Made by a program: the position numbers and the translations under genes. 64,000 nt of DNA from Octopus sinensis (Eukaryota): positions 12,772,001 to 12,836,000 of the forward strand of contig NC_042999.1 in NCBI RefSeq assembly GCF_006345805.1, read 5' to 3'. Positions 11,882 through 23,549 of the stretch are shown one piece after another (the first letter of the stretch is position 1; each line of letters begins with the position of its first letter). The notes beneath the pieces were generated by a model, which was not told the origin of the DNA, did not search any database, and was given only the letters and a program-made list of their open reading frames with translations.

Positions 11882-12002
11882 AACCTTCCACTTGCATTCT
11901 CTATGGAAATAATCATTACAGAACATTCGATGGTGCCAACATTCATTTCCAAGGAGCATGTAATTATATTATGGCAACAAATTGTGTCAACAATGACTTT
12001 AT
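11882..12002 (+). CDS. KCP: KCP-like exon, vWD start (KPSTCILYGNNHYRTFDGANIHFQGACNY...)
   Basis: ttgacag acceptor, gtaagt donor, 121 nt, phase 1-2; vWD HYxTFDG motif. Confidence 0.93.
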
Positions 12003-12239
12003 GTAAGTTTGGACTATCAAAAGCATTTCATCTATTTTTGTTGATTTTTCTGTTGTTGTTGTTGCTATTATTGTCATCACTTCTGCTGCTGTTGTTTTTG
12101 TGAAAGTTTCTTGGAACATTTCTCCCTGTAACTTTGTATGTGTGTATAGTTTTACATCCATGCATGTGTATGGGTGTTTGTGTGTGTGTGCACAAGAAAA
12201 ATTTAATTTCTCTTATACAAAATGTCATATTTTATAGCT

Positions 12240-12720
12240 AAACGATGAGGAACTTCAAATTTTAGTTGAATAGCTCAATTTCCATCATATTGACTGACTG
12301 TAATATCTTAACCAGATCTTGTTTCATGCATGGTGCCGCTTGTTTACCAGGGCAAAGCCATTCCTTACACTGCTTCATATTGCTGTACAGGCACCATTTT
12401 TCGTTGCCAGTAACGATTCAGTAAAGAAATCGTTGCTTGTGTCCATGAGTTGAGCAGTGACGAGCAAGTAAACCAGCAGAGATTGTGGCTCATTGATTTT
12501 TGTAGTTTTCACTTAAAGCATACGGAACCCATGCTCCATACTTCTGAACCTTTCCCATCGAGTGAAGATGCTTCTATATTGCAGTGTAGGAGCATTCCAT
12601 TTTCTCTGCCAATTCCCTTGTTTGACGAGATATAGTTGAGTTCAGTATTGTACATGAAGCAATGACTTCACCGATGTCTCTTCACTGACTTATCTTTGCA
12701 CTTGCCATGTTTTAAAAGGA
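12240..12720 (-). mobile_element. Mariner transposase pseudogene fragment
   Basis: Reverse translation: TRELAEKMECS...GKVQKYGAWVPYALSE...IVTGNEKWCLY (WVPHEL and TGDEKW motifs), with in-frame stops. Confidence 0.85.
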
Positions 12721-12986
12721 TCTGAGTTAAGATCTCCTTGCTCTCATCCTGATAATAAAATACTAATGCGACTATCATTTTAAATGCTATTTTAAACTGC
12801 CAAATCAGCGAATATGTTTTCTTTTTTTTCCTAAAACCCTTAGATTCTTTCAGTTATTCTATGATCTGGTAGATACCAATAAGACCAGGCTTTGTTGAGG
12901 CAGTTCATTAAGACTGGAACATAATTGAAGTTACATTTTAAAAATATTCGACTTCCTTCTCACTGCATGCTTCCATTCAGTTTTTA

Positions 12987-13031
12987 ATTGTCCCCCTTCC
13001 ATACTCAGTATGAGTATGGAAGGGGGACAAT
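12987..13031. repeat. Perfect 21-bp inverted repeat with a 3-nt loop
   Basis: attgtcccccttccatactca-gta-tgagtatggaagggggacaat. Confidence 0.95.
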
Positions 13032-13203
13032 CAGGTGTAGTTTCGGCGGATTTCGGAAAGCATGAGGGCCTTAAAGGATGCAGTGTCATGGCAGTCAACA
13101 ACTGACGCAGGCAGTTTGTTCCATGCTTCAGCAACTCTGAGCGTGAAAAAATGTTTCCGAAGGTCATGGGAGCTGTGCTGTTTTCTGACTTTGTAGGCAT
13201 GTC
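13031..13203 (-). mobile_element. 3' end of the older CR1-like LINE (host of the nested insertion)
   Basis: AYKVRKQHSSHDLRKHFFTLRVAEAWNKLP...SFKAL...*; continues the frame broken at 16285. Confidence 0.9.
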
Positions 13204-16200
13204 GAGAGAGAGAATTCGCCGGAGAAACCTAATATCCGAACTAAAGATGAGGAAACAGATGGGAGAGAAGGGTTTACGCATCCAAGATGGACAAATAATC
13301 AAGTCCTACCTCTGGTCGCATGCTGTAGTGCTGACAGGGAAAGTGAAGTGAGGGCAAATCGAAGTGAAGTTGATACCCCCGTCAACGATGCTATCTCTGA
13401 TACCCCTTATTCTGCTTGTTCCCCAACTCCCGCCCCTCAAACTTCACAGCTCAGCATCGTCTATACCAACTTGTGCTCCTTATTTCCAAAGTTCAGCGAA
13501 CTATTTACACTGGCCATACGTGACTCCCCTGATGTGATAGCTATCACCGAGACTTGGCTGACTCCAGCAGTAAAGGACTCAGAAATCCACCTGCAGGGCT
13601 ACATCCTTTTCAGATGTGACAGAGAAAAAAGGCGAGGTGGAGGTGTTGCTGTGTATGTTAAATCTGAGCACAAACCGTCCAGCGGTATTCTACCCACTAA
13701 TGCTCAACCTACAACAAAATTCGATGCCGTCTATTGCAAGCTGAGCCTATCCGAGTTTTGCCTGCCCGTGTTAGCTGTCTACAGGCCGCCTCTTGCCGAC
13801 CCCCAGGACGATGCTCATTTACTCGAAGCGATAAGATTCGTTTCAGCTTCGCATGACTGTTTGGTACTAGGAGACTTCAACGCTCCCACGATCGATTGGC
13901 CCGCATCAATTTGTACAAAATCTTCCCGGTTCGGCCAGGCCCTTCTTGACGTAGCTGAAGATTGTTTTCTATCGCAACATGTTGAATATCCGACAAGGCA
14001 TCGGTCTGGGCAGCAGCCATCTATGCTGGATCTGGTATTCTCCCGCTATCCAAGATCAGTGTCAGACGTATCTGTGTGCGCCCCTCTTGCCAAGAGTGAT
14101 CATGCACACAACTTTTTCTACGCCCACGACTACTTCGCTGCCACGTAGAGTCTTCTCTGCAATTAATCTTGAAATTCTAACCGAGGCTTCCGCGCTTCTG
14201 CACTGGCGATCCCTGATGACGTTGTCCTCTGTTGACGAACTATGGTCATCCCTCAAAGCATATGTAATCTGTTTGACTGACCAGGCAGTTCCCGTTGGGC
14301 TTCCCAAGAAGAAGAAACACAAGCCCTGGGTGACGAAGAAGGTTAAACGAGAACTTCGACTCAGAGATATTGCTTGGGCTGAATTCAAAAATCTGGATTC
14401 AACTGCAGCTTTTGAGGTGTACAAAACTCAACGAGACCGAGCCGTGAAAATTGAAAAGGAAGAACGCTTCAGTTATGAATACAAAATTGCGGCAAATGCC
14501 AGTAGCAATCCAAAAACCTTCTTTGCCCATGTCCAACGGAATTCCCGCTTGAACAACCAGATTGCAACGTTGGTAGACTCAACAGGCGTATCGATTGAGG
14601 ACCCTTATCAACAGAGTCAATTATTTGCCGAGGCTTTTTCAACTATTTTCAAACAAGATGATGGTCATGAACCCCCTCCATTTGATAGATCGGTACCTCC
14701 AATGCTTCGATTGGTCATCACGCGGGACGAAGTCAAACGTGTTATTCAAGGCCTCGATGTCAACAAGGGTCACGGCCCTGACGGCATACACCCACGGGTT
14801 ATCAAAGCATTGACTCCGGTCATCTGCGAGCCCTTAACACGTCTATTAAACATGTCATTGGCGACGGGTGTTATACCTGCGGACTGGAGAACAGCGATAA
14901 TCTGCCCAATTTTCAAGAAAGGGAGCCGCGAAGACCCGCTTAACTACCGACCGGTTTCCCTTACATCAATAATCAGCAAGATGTTCGAAACCATCCTTAA
15001 GAAAAGTATGATGCTCCACCTCCAAAACACAGCCTCTATCTCTGATTCCCAACACGGCTTCGTGCCGAAGAGATCATGCTTGACCAACTTACTGGTAATG
15101 GAAGAATTGGTGATGCGCATCCTCGATGATAGTGATGCTGTTGACATCGTTTTATTGGACTTTGCCAAAGCTTTTGACTCGGTAAACCACCGCCAATTAC
15201 TTGTCAAGCTTCAAGCATATAGTTTCCATCTGGATATTGTACGATGGGTTGGTGCCTTCCCCTCAGATCGCTCCTTCCAAGTCCAAGTTAATGGTTCACG
15301 GTCCGACGTCTCCAGTGCGAGCAGTGGCGTGCCTCAAGGTTCAGTGCTTGGGCCCTTATTGTTCTTAGTCTTCATAAATGACTTGCCCGACGACCTCACG
15401 CAACACACCCTTCTATTTGCTGACGATATCAAACTGGTCGCTCCTCGCGGTGATATAGAGGATCTTCGTCGATGCCTCCACCAAATTTGGAAGTGGTCTA
15501 ACGAATGGGACCTGTGTCTGAAAGTGCTGTCATCTGCCTGTTGGCTCTCCTCCTGCAACTCAACTTGATTTCGAGCCGGGTCGTCTGCTGCTGGAGAGGA
15601 CCGATCAGGTAAAGGACCTGGGTATCTTGGTGGATTCCTCCTTTTCGCCTTCGGCCCAGTGCGTCCATGCTGCCAACAAAGCACGCGGAATTCTGTTCTT
15701 GATTCAACGGTCATTCGGAATGCTCACAGCAGCCATATTCCTACCACTCTATGTCACGCTGGTGAGACCCATATTGGAGTACGGGATTCAAGTCTCTTCT
15801 CCTTATCTCCTCAAAGACATACAGCATCTCGAAAGAGTCCAGAAGCTGGCTACCCGCATGGTTCATGGTCTCAAAAATTTGTCCTACGAAGAAAGGCTGA
15901 GGATGCTCGACCTTTATTCTCTTGAAAAACACCGCCGCCGTGGTGATCTCATTCTCACCCACATCATAAGCGGAAAGTGTAACCTCTCGAAAGAGCTGTT
16001 CTTCACTCCTGCTCCAGAGCGTCGGCTGCGGGGTCATTCTGAAAAGCTCTACCTGCGACGATTTCATCTCAATCGAAGGAGAGGAGCTTTCTCCGTCCGG
16101 GTTGCAGATCTGTGGAACAAGCTGCCAGACGAGATGGTGAAGATGCCGACGACCGCTTTGTTCAAAGCCTCCCTTGACCTCAAGTGGCCTGAACTCTTTA

Positions 16201-16284
16201 CATGAACACCACTCTGTACTTAAATCCATGTCCCCCTACATGGCCTTGCTATTTGCTTTTGAGCCAAATTAACTAACTAACTAA
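13204..16284 (+). mobile_element. Young 5'-truncated CR1-like LINE: ORF1 tail, APE endonuclease, RT, (TAAC)n tail, TSD ATGTC
   Basis: IAITETWL, GGGVAVYV, LGDFN, LDLVF, SDH; YRPVSLTS, QHGF, LDFAKAFD, GVPQGSVLGP, FADD; two frameshifts (about 14110 and 15520); ATGTC at 13199-13203 and 16285-16289. Confidence 0.95.
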
Positions 16285-17165
16285 ATGTCCATGTGTGTTG
16301 GACACATGGAGATCAAAAAGGTGTTCAGTGTTGTTGTTGGTGAGGTGGTTGATAACTTTGTTGGTGTTTACCAAGTCCATCGCCAGATGCCGGAGCTTCA
16401 GTGAATCCATGCCCAGGGAAACAAGGCGCTCAGAGTATGGTAGGTGTCTGATGGAGGGTATGTGTTTGGTTGCATGTCTCTGAACAGATTCCAGGAGGTC
16501 AATGTTCTGAGCAAGATAGGGGTTCCAAACTGATGATGCGAATTCCAAGTGTGGTCGTACCATAGCTGTATACAGTTTTAAATAGATGGCTGGAGAGTGA
16601 CTAACAAAAGTCTTGCTGAGTGATGCCAAGACACCCTCGGCCTTCTTGACAATTTTAGAGATATGCTTTGTCCAACGCAAATCACTGCTGACAGTGATGC
16701 CTAGGTCACGCTCGCAAGAGGATTTCTTGATATCAGTGTTGTGGAGGGAGTATGTGGACGCAGGGTTTTTTCTCCCAAAATGCATGGTGGTACACTTGTC
16801 CACAGCCAGTTTCAGTTGCCAGTCCGTGATCCATTGCTGCACTGTGTCCAGGTCTGATTGCAGGAAAGAGTTGTAGACATCAGGATCTGTCCTCTTGATT
16901 TCAAGGTACAGCTTTATGTCGTCTGCATATTTCAATACTGTGGCATTCTTTAAATTGGCATCTATGTCATTAATGTATGCCACAAACAAGAGGAGACCAA
17001 GAACAGATCCCTGTGGTACACCCGATGACATCTCATATGGTGTAGAGTGCTGTCCTAGAACTGTGACTACCTCCTTTCAGCTGAGAATGAAGGATTTCAA
17101 CCAGTTAAAAAGGTCATCCCTCACACCCATTGCAGAGAGTTTCACCATAAGCCTTTTGTGTGGCA
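16285..17165 (-). mobile_element. RT part of the older CR1-like LINE
   Basis: ORF 16273..17031: GVPQGSVLG, YADD, ERDLG, VRPHLEFAS, LESVQ. Confidence 0.92.
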
Positions 17166-17310
17166 CAGAATTAAAAGAAAAACTATTTAAATGATATAAT
17201 TTATTTCCTGTGGAACTTTTTACTGTTACTTCATTTTTCTATTTGGTTTTCAAGATTCTTGATGTTAGACATGTTATTATATTTGTTGTCTTGTTTTCTG
17301 ATTATTAAAG

Positions 17311-17413
17311 GGTGGAGGTTCAGCATGGAAGTTCCTATGGAACATCACCTCAGAATCTCACTGTCAGATTTGCTGGGTTGGAAATTAATTTAATACCAAA
17401 TAATGGCATCACT
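17311..17413 (+). CDS. KCP: KCP-like exon, vWD (VEVQHGSSYG...LIPNNGIT)
   Basis: attaaag acceptor, gtaagt donor, 103 nt; phase 2-0 bridges the neighbouring exons. Confidence 0.85.
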
Positions 17414-17505
17414 GTAAGTATTAGTTTTGTATTCCAGACAGGTATTCCCATACACCTATATCTATTGTCTGTTATAGTTAAATAAAAAGTTGTGTTTCCA
17501 TTATT

Positions 17506-17506
17506 C

Positions 17507-17572
<66 letters not shown>
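17506..17572. repeat. Compound (GT)n(AT)n microsatellite
   Basis: Read directly. Confidence 0.95.
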
Positions 17573-17574
<2 letters not shown>

Positions 17575-17808
17575 TGTGTCTCCTTGAAATTTCATGATAG
17601 TTGTAAACAAGTACAAGCATTGTGATTCTAATATTCTGCAAAATCACGTGTGGTGGCCATAGAGAAGTATTACCTGGGAAAAGGTGAGAGGTGGTAACAG
17701 GAAGCGCATCCTGCAATAGAAAATCTGTTTCAATAAATTCGGCCTGACCCATGCAAATGTGGTCAAGTGAGCATTAAAGCAGCAATGATGATTATTTTTC
17801 CTTTATAG

Positions 17809-17910
17809 GTTGATGGGGTATATACTGAGCTACCATTTGGACACAACAATGATGTTTTTGTAGAGAAAATTGATAGAAATCTACTTCTTCAGACCAGCAC
17901 TGGAATGAAG
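17809..17910 (+). CDS. KCP: KCP-like exon, vWD (VDGVYTELPF...QTSTGMK)
   Basis: ctttatag acceptor, gtagtt donor, 102 nt, phase 0-0. Confidence 0.9.
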
Positions 17911-18854
17911 GTAGTTTGTCTTTCAAATTTTGTCAGTCACTTTTTTGTTTTAGTAAAACTATTTCATGATTTATTTACTTATAAGAACAGGGAAGATTTG
18001 TTTGTTTTTCAAGAATATATATTCAAAACTATTTACTTTGTTAATTATTCAATTATTTATTGACTTTCCGACCAAGTGATTTCAAGTTCACCTCCAACCA
18101 TGGCAACTTGTCTTCTACTAGAGCTCCCGAAAGTGGATTTGGCTGACAGAAACCCATCATATATATAAAAAAAGGGTTATCTCTCTCTGATATTTCCCAT
18201 TGAAGAAGGCTAAATAGCCAGAAACACACGTCTGGGAGTCTGCTAGAGGGAGGAACGGGGCAGATATGGTGATTTTACACCTTTCAGTGTCAGACAGTGA
18301 ATTTGCCTTTAGAAGTTAAACTGTCACAAACATATTTTAACTAGCTTAAAGTTCATAGATATATATGTCCTGTCCATGCTAGCATGGAATATGGACATTA
18401 AACGATGATGATGAGATATATATATATATTATTCATGCACACATGTGTGTGTATATGTATTTCCTTCACAGTTGCTGGTTTGTAAACAATGGCTTCCCAG
18501 CTGTGTTGATTGCTTGCAGTCCACCACAAAAAGCATGTCCAGGTTACTTGACATGTTGTGCAATCTTTGTAAAAATAAAGATTCATTCATATGGAATCAT
18601 TTTTTTCCAGTTCTCCACATAAATATGTTAAGGCAATTTGCTGTTCAATAGACTGGAAGATTATTACCTCATTTGGAAACAAGTGAAGTTTGAGGACAGG
18701 ACGAGTATTAGACCATAGAAAACTCTGACCCATGGAAACAGACATTAAAACAATGATTATGTATAGCAATTGTAATTATTAAGTTTGAGTGTGAATTGAT
18801 CGTTAACTAAGTTAATAATTAATATTAATTTTGTTTTTATTGTTGTATTGACAG

Positions 18855-19019
18855 TTAGTGTGGAATGGGGAAGGTTTTGTTGAGTTACATATCTCACAAA
18901 CTTACCAAAGAAAAACTTGTGGCCTCTGTGGAAATTTCAATGACTCCCCAGATGATGACTTATTAACCACTGATGGCAAGCAGACAAGTTCACATGATAT
19001 CTTTGCAAACAGTTGGAAG
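18855..19019 (+). CDS. KCP: KCP-like exon, vWD end (LVWNGEGFVE...TCGLCGNFN...FANSWK)
   Basis: ttgacag acceptor, gtatct donor, 165 nt; CGLCGN vWD motif. Confidence 0.95.
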
Positions 19020-19867
19020 GTATCTCTATTTTCATTATTGTCTTTATTTTAATGAAAACAATTATCAATTAACTTTCTGTCTTAAACATAAGAAAATCAA
19101 TAATGTAACACTTTGCATAAAACAGACGTTAAATGATGATGAAAGAAACAGACTGTGTTTAGCTAAAAGGTAATTAATTGTTCTCTGTGCATCCCCTGCA
19201 GCAAGATGCTACTTTCTGTCTCTCTCTCACATTTAACACCTGGAATAAATACTATGCCCCGACTCGTTTGAGGTATCATGTATTGCAATTTTGACTTGGT
19301 AACCTCACTAGCGCTGGTGCTATCAAAAATGCCACTTTTACTCTATAAGGGAGGGCATCCATTCATAGAAACCATGCCAAAAACAGGCATTGGAGCTTGT
19401 CAGTCTTCTAGCTTGTCAGATTCTGTCTGTCATGACAGCATAAAAGATGGACATTAAAGAATGATAATATTGGTTTGACTTGTTATACTTACTTGCCTGA
19501 AAAAAAAAGAATCTTAAAAATTTCTTTTCTCCAACATAAACTGAATGACCGATGGTCATATTGAGAAAAATATTTGGTTAGTTTGGTTGTAAGGTTAAGA
19601 AGTTTATTTGGCAACCCCATGGTTTCAGGTTCAGCTCCACTGTGCAGCACCTTGGGTGACTGTAGTGCAAGCTGATCGATGCCTTGTGTGTGTGTGTGTG
19701 TGTGCACTTGTCATTCCAGCATCATTTGACAACTAGTGTCGGTCAACATGGTGCCATACAACCACAGTCCTATGCCTGAAACAAGTAAAAGATGAAGTGT
19801 AAGTTTCAGGAAATACATGTATTTTTGCAAATAAATTGCTTCTGCTCGTTTACTGTTCTATTTTTAG

Positions 19868-19978
19868 ACAAGCATTCAACCAGAAGAAAGCTGTGAAGAA
19901 ACTGCAAACGTACATCCATGCAGTGAAGTCAGTCCTCGATTGAAAACTCTAGTGGAATCTAAATGTGATATTATCAAA
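19868..19978 (+). CDS. KCP: KCP-like exon, linker and C8 start (TSIQPEESC...KCDIIK)
   Basis: tttttag acceptor, gtaatg donor, 111 nt, phase 0-0, open frame. Confidence 0.88.
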
Positions 19979-21040
19979 GTAATGTATTTATTCTGTATTT
20001 TCTGTGACAGTTTAACTGGTTTCAGTGTTAGTTAACAGTTGATAGAATTACTTATCTTTTTGCATTGTGAAATATAGAAGGAACATTACTGAGTTTAAAT
20101 GGAACTTGTTTATTCTCTGGATATCGGAATGATTTCATAGGAAAAGATAATTGATCTAAAAATATCATTAGCCAAATATTTTACCTTAGAACATTGCACA
20201 AGTGAAAAAAGAAAATTGCATGGAGATATGTATAAAAATATAATCAGACATTAATAAAATGCTTAAGTCTATGAACTTATTGAGTCATGTACAGTATTGT
20301 TGCCGAGTTAACAATCTGGACATGCTTTTGCAGTTGGCACCATTTGTATGAATAGGCTTTGTTTACCAACAGCACATCAAAAGGAGATATTTATGGATAC
20401 CTTTCCAAATAATGAGAAGTTAATTACAAACCAATTTCGTTATCTCGGTTGTTGAAATGTAAAGAATGAGTTTGTGACTGAAAAGTATTGAGAGTTCCAG
20501 CAAAAAGTCCATTTATTGGTTTGTCAGGAAAGGTTCATGGGATGTCATTTTCTCATCAATCTACATAAGACTGGCCCTGGTTCTGTGATACAAACATTTT
20601 GTTTGAGGGTTATTGCCATAAACAAATATATCCACAGTAATTAAGTGCTCAATTAATAAGAGGCCATTAAACTCCAACATTGCAGTAAATCCAGGTGGTA
20701 CCAATTACAGAGCAAATCAAAAAAGCATAAATTTCACATATTATAGTCCATACTTAGTGTTTCTCAAACGGTTGTCTTAATGAAACAGCTGTTGAACACA
20801 ATGCATCAAATACATGTGAAAGCTGTGCTTTTCTGCTTTTATTCTAAAACATTTTAGTTATATAAATTTAAAACCTCAAAATTTTGTGTTGTTTCAAATA
20901 ATTGACTCAGCTATTTTACTAAATTCTTCAATATTTTCAAAATTAATTGTAACATAGGCAGTGTGTTTACGGTTGTACTTGCATTTATATTCTTTTGTTA
21001 ATTCTCATCCCACTGTACCTTTTTTCTTTTTTTCTTTCAG

Positions 21041-21221
21041 AGTTCTGTATTTTCTAAATGTCACAAAGCAGTACCTCCTGAACCATTCTATTTCTCTTGT
21101 GTTCATGATATGTGTGCCTGTACTTCCAAATCAGAGTGCTTGTGCGATATATTACAGATATATGCACATGAATGTGCTAAGACTAATATCAGGCTGAACT
21201 GGATATCACAGACAAACTGCC
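21041..21221 (+). CDS. KCP: KCP-like exon, C8 domain (SVFSKCHKAVPPEPFYFSCVHDMCAC...)
   Basis: tttctttcag acceptor, gtgagt donor, 181 nt, phase 0-1. Confidence 0.95.
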
Positions 21222-22984
21222 GTGAGTTGATATTACACATTTCTAGCAATTTAAGCTGAAAAGCAAATTATTTTGTATAACTGCTTCTAGAAAAGATTAA
21301 CAAGCCCCTTCTGTCATGAGATTGCACCCAGAAAGTTACCCCATGAGGCACAAGTCCAGGCAAGGTTGTTTATGGAAGACTGGCAGTCACCCATACATAA
21401 CCAGCGTTCCATCTCTATGCCATCAATGTTATCCAAAGGAAAGGCCAATAAATACTGAGGTGTCGCAAATCATTTCTACAGCTGAGTGAAATAAAGTGTC
21501 TTGCTCAAGAACACAAGACAAAGCTTGGTCCAGGAATTGAACTCATGATGCTGTAACCACTGATCCATGCACTTTCAACAGCTTGTATGAGTATTATATA
21601 TTCAATATGTATGAGAGAGTCTCTTTCTATATATATATATATAGAGTGATATATTACAGATATCTACATTTCTCTCCAACTGGTCCAGCTCTCTTTAATA
21701 TCATGTCAAAACAGAAATGGATCCCATAAAATTCAAAAGTTCGTTGGACCAATTTTTTTCAAAAACTCCCAGACCTACATACGAATATGTCTCCAGCTGT
21801 TTGCTAGAGTGAGCCATGGTGCCCCATATATGACTAAAAGACTTCACCATGTGGTGCTATTCAGTTTGACATGGCCTGAGCCTATACTGGCCAAAACCTA
21901 TCAAAGTTTATATCTTGTGTGTACAGTTATGACTCCACATAGATTATCATCATCCAACCAGCTTCCAGTATAGTAAGTCTACTTATGGACTTAATAGTTT
22001 TTGTAAGTAGTTATGATAAACAGGGGAAGATTAAGATAATCCCAAATACAGATTATTAGTCCCTCCATATGTTTCCCCATTTCAGTGATTTGGAGCTCAG
22101 CATCGGATGTTCCAAGTGTATTTGGGTGTCTAACTGCAATGGACCATCAAGGAAACACTTGATCGCATTGTGTGTCCAATGTGTGTCTGACTTTAGATAT
22201 TAAAGTAACTTATAAGTGTTTAGAGAGGGAAGAAAGTGATGGAGAGTGAAAAATGAGGAGGGAAGAAACTGGACAACAAAGTATTAAAAGAAAAAACAAA
22301 AACAAAACAGTATACAAGTGAATAAATAAAACACATGAATATAAAGACACACAAAAATATATAAATTAAATGAAGTGAATAGGAAAGGAAAAACAGGAAG
22401 TGTATGGAGGGGGGTGTTTTGTGATGGTCAGTATTTCAATTCAGTTCTTGAGGAGGCCAGCTGGAGCTGCATGAGTGGCTTTATGACCCTATGTAAAAGT
22501 GGTAACACCAATGCAAAGATATTTTTTCATTTATTACCAATTCTGCATCCCTCTATCATCCTCTCCTTCAAACTTCTTGTTTGTTTTTTTCATCGTTCAC
22601 CTATGTATACTTACATATTTTTTTTTTTTTTCACTGATCTTCTATATCTACACAAAAATGTGTGTTTTATTTACTTTTCATGTATGTTTACATTTTTTCT
22701 TTCTTTCTCCCATACCACTTGTTTGCTTTCTTTCCTCTCTAAATACTTAGAAGTTACCTCAATATGTCTGACTTCACATCTCTGTAACAATGCAATAAAG
22801 TGCTCCCTTCCTGATCCGGTGCAGTTAGACATCCAAATAACTATGATGGAGAAACATATATTGTTTTAATGTTTACCTTCTTGTTCTGACATCAAATCCT
22901 CCCTTAATGAAAATTGTTTCCCTATATCAGCTGCCAGTATTTATCCACTACATTCATATTTTCTTCCCTTTTTTCACACTTTAG

Positions 22985-23184
22985 TGTCCAACTGTGAAGA
23001 GGAGAAAGGCTTTATATTTGATGATTGTGCCTCCCCCTGTCAGCGAACCTGTGACAATAGTGATTCGAATGGAAAGCCTTTAAACAGTTGCTTTAAGCCT
23101 TGCGTATCAGGTTGTCAGTGTCCATCCAGTAAAGTGCTGCATGATGGCTATTGCATTAAAGCCAGTGAATGTCCCAAAGATTAA
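22985..23184 (+). CDS. KCP: KCP-like terminal exon, TIL domain, stop TAA
   Basis: ttag acceptor; CxxxxGFIFDDCASPCQRTC...CVSGCQCP...CPKD*; matches ORF 22984..23184. Confidence 0.95.
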
Positions 23185-23471
23185 CCAAGAAAGAGAGAGA
23201 CTTTTCAGATTTAACCAGATTATGGTAATCTCATTTTTTTAGTTCCCATCTAATTTAATTATGTGGCACTTACTACTAATGCAAGTTTTAAATTAACCCT
23301 CTCACAAATGTGCTAACAGCCCCCTTTTAAGTATGTCTTCAATGAGTTTTTAAATCAGTGTTTTCCAGGTGTTCAAAAAAGACAAGTTCATATTTATAAA
23401 GATGGTTACATTGTTAATTTTTTTAACCTTGTTTTTTTAATATATAATTTTTGAATTTTTAGAATAACTTG

Positions 23472-23477
23472 AATAAA
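23472..23477 (+). terminator. Candidate poly(A) signal (AATAAA) of the KCP-like gene
   Basis: AATAAA about 290 nt after the stop, followed by T-rich sequence. Confidence 0.45.
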
Positions 23478-23549
23478 TACTTTTGTGATCTGAACCTTTT
23501 TTTTTCTTTTTTACATGTCTCTAATTTATACTGACATGTAAGTAGGAAG

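Larger units (their letters stand above)
1758..23184 (+). other. KCP: Gene span (3' part, 5' end outside window): kielin/chordin-like protein, vWC-vWD-C8-TIL
   Basis: Ten exons splice in one frame with GT-AG ends and matching phases. Motifs CLAKPSTC, HFQGAC, TCGLCGNFN, VPPEPF and GFIFDDCASPCQRTC resemble KCP (as recalled) more than BMPER. Confidence 0.85.

Noticed and set aside
13151-13351. Independent 66-aa ORF
   Set aside because: Chimera across the insertion junction at 13203/13204.
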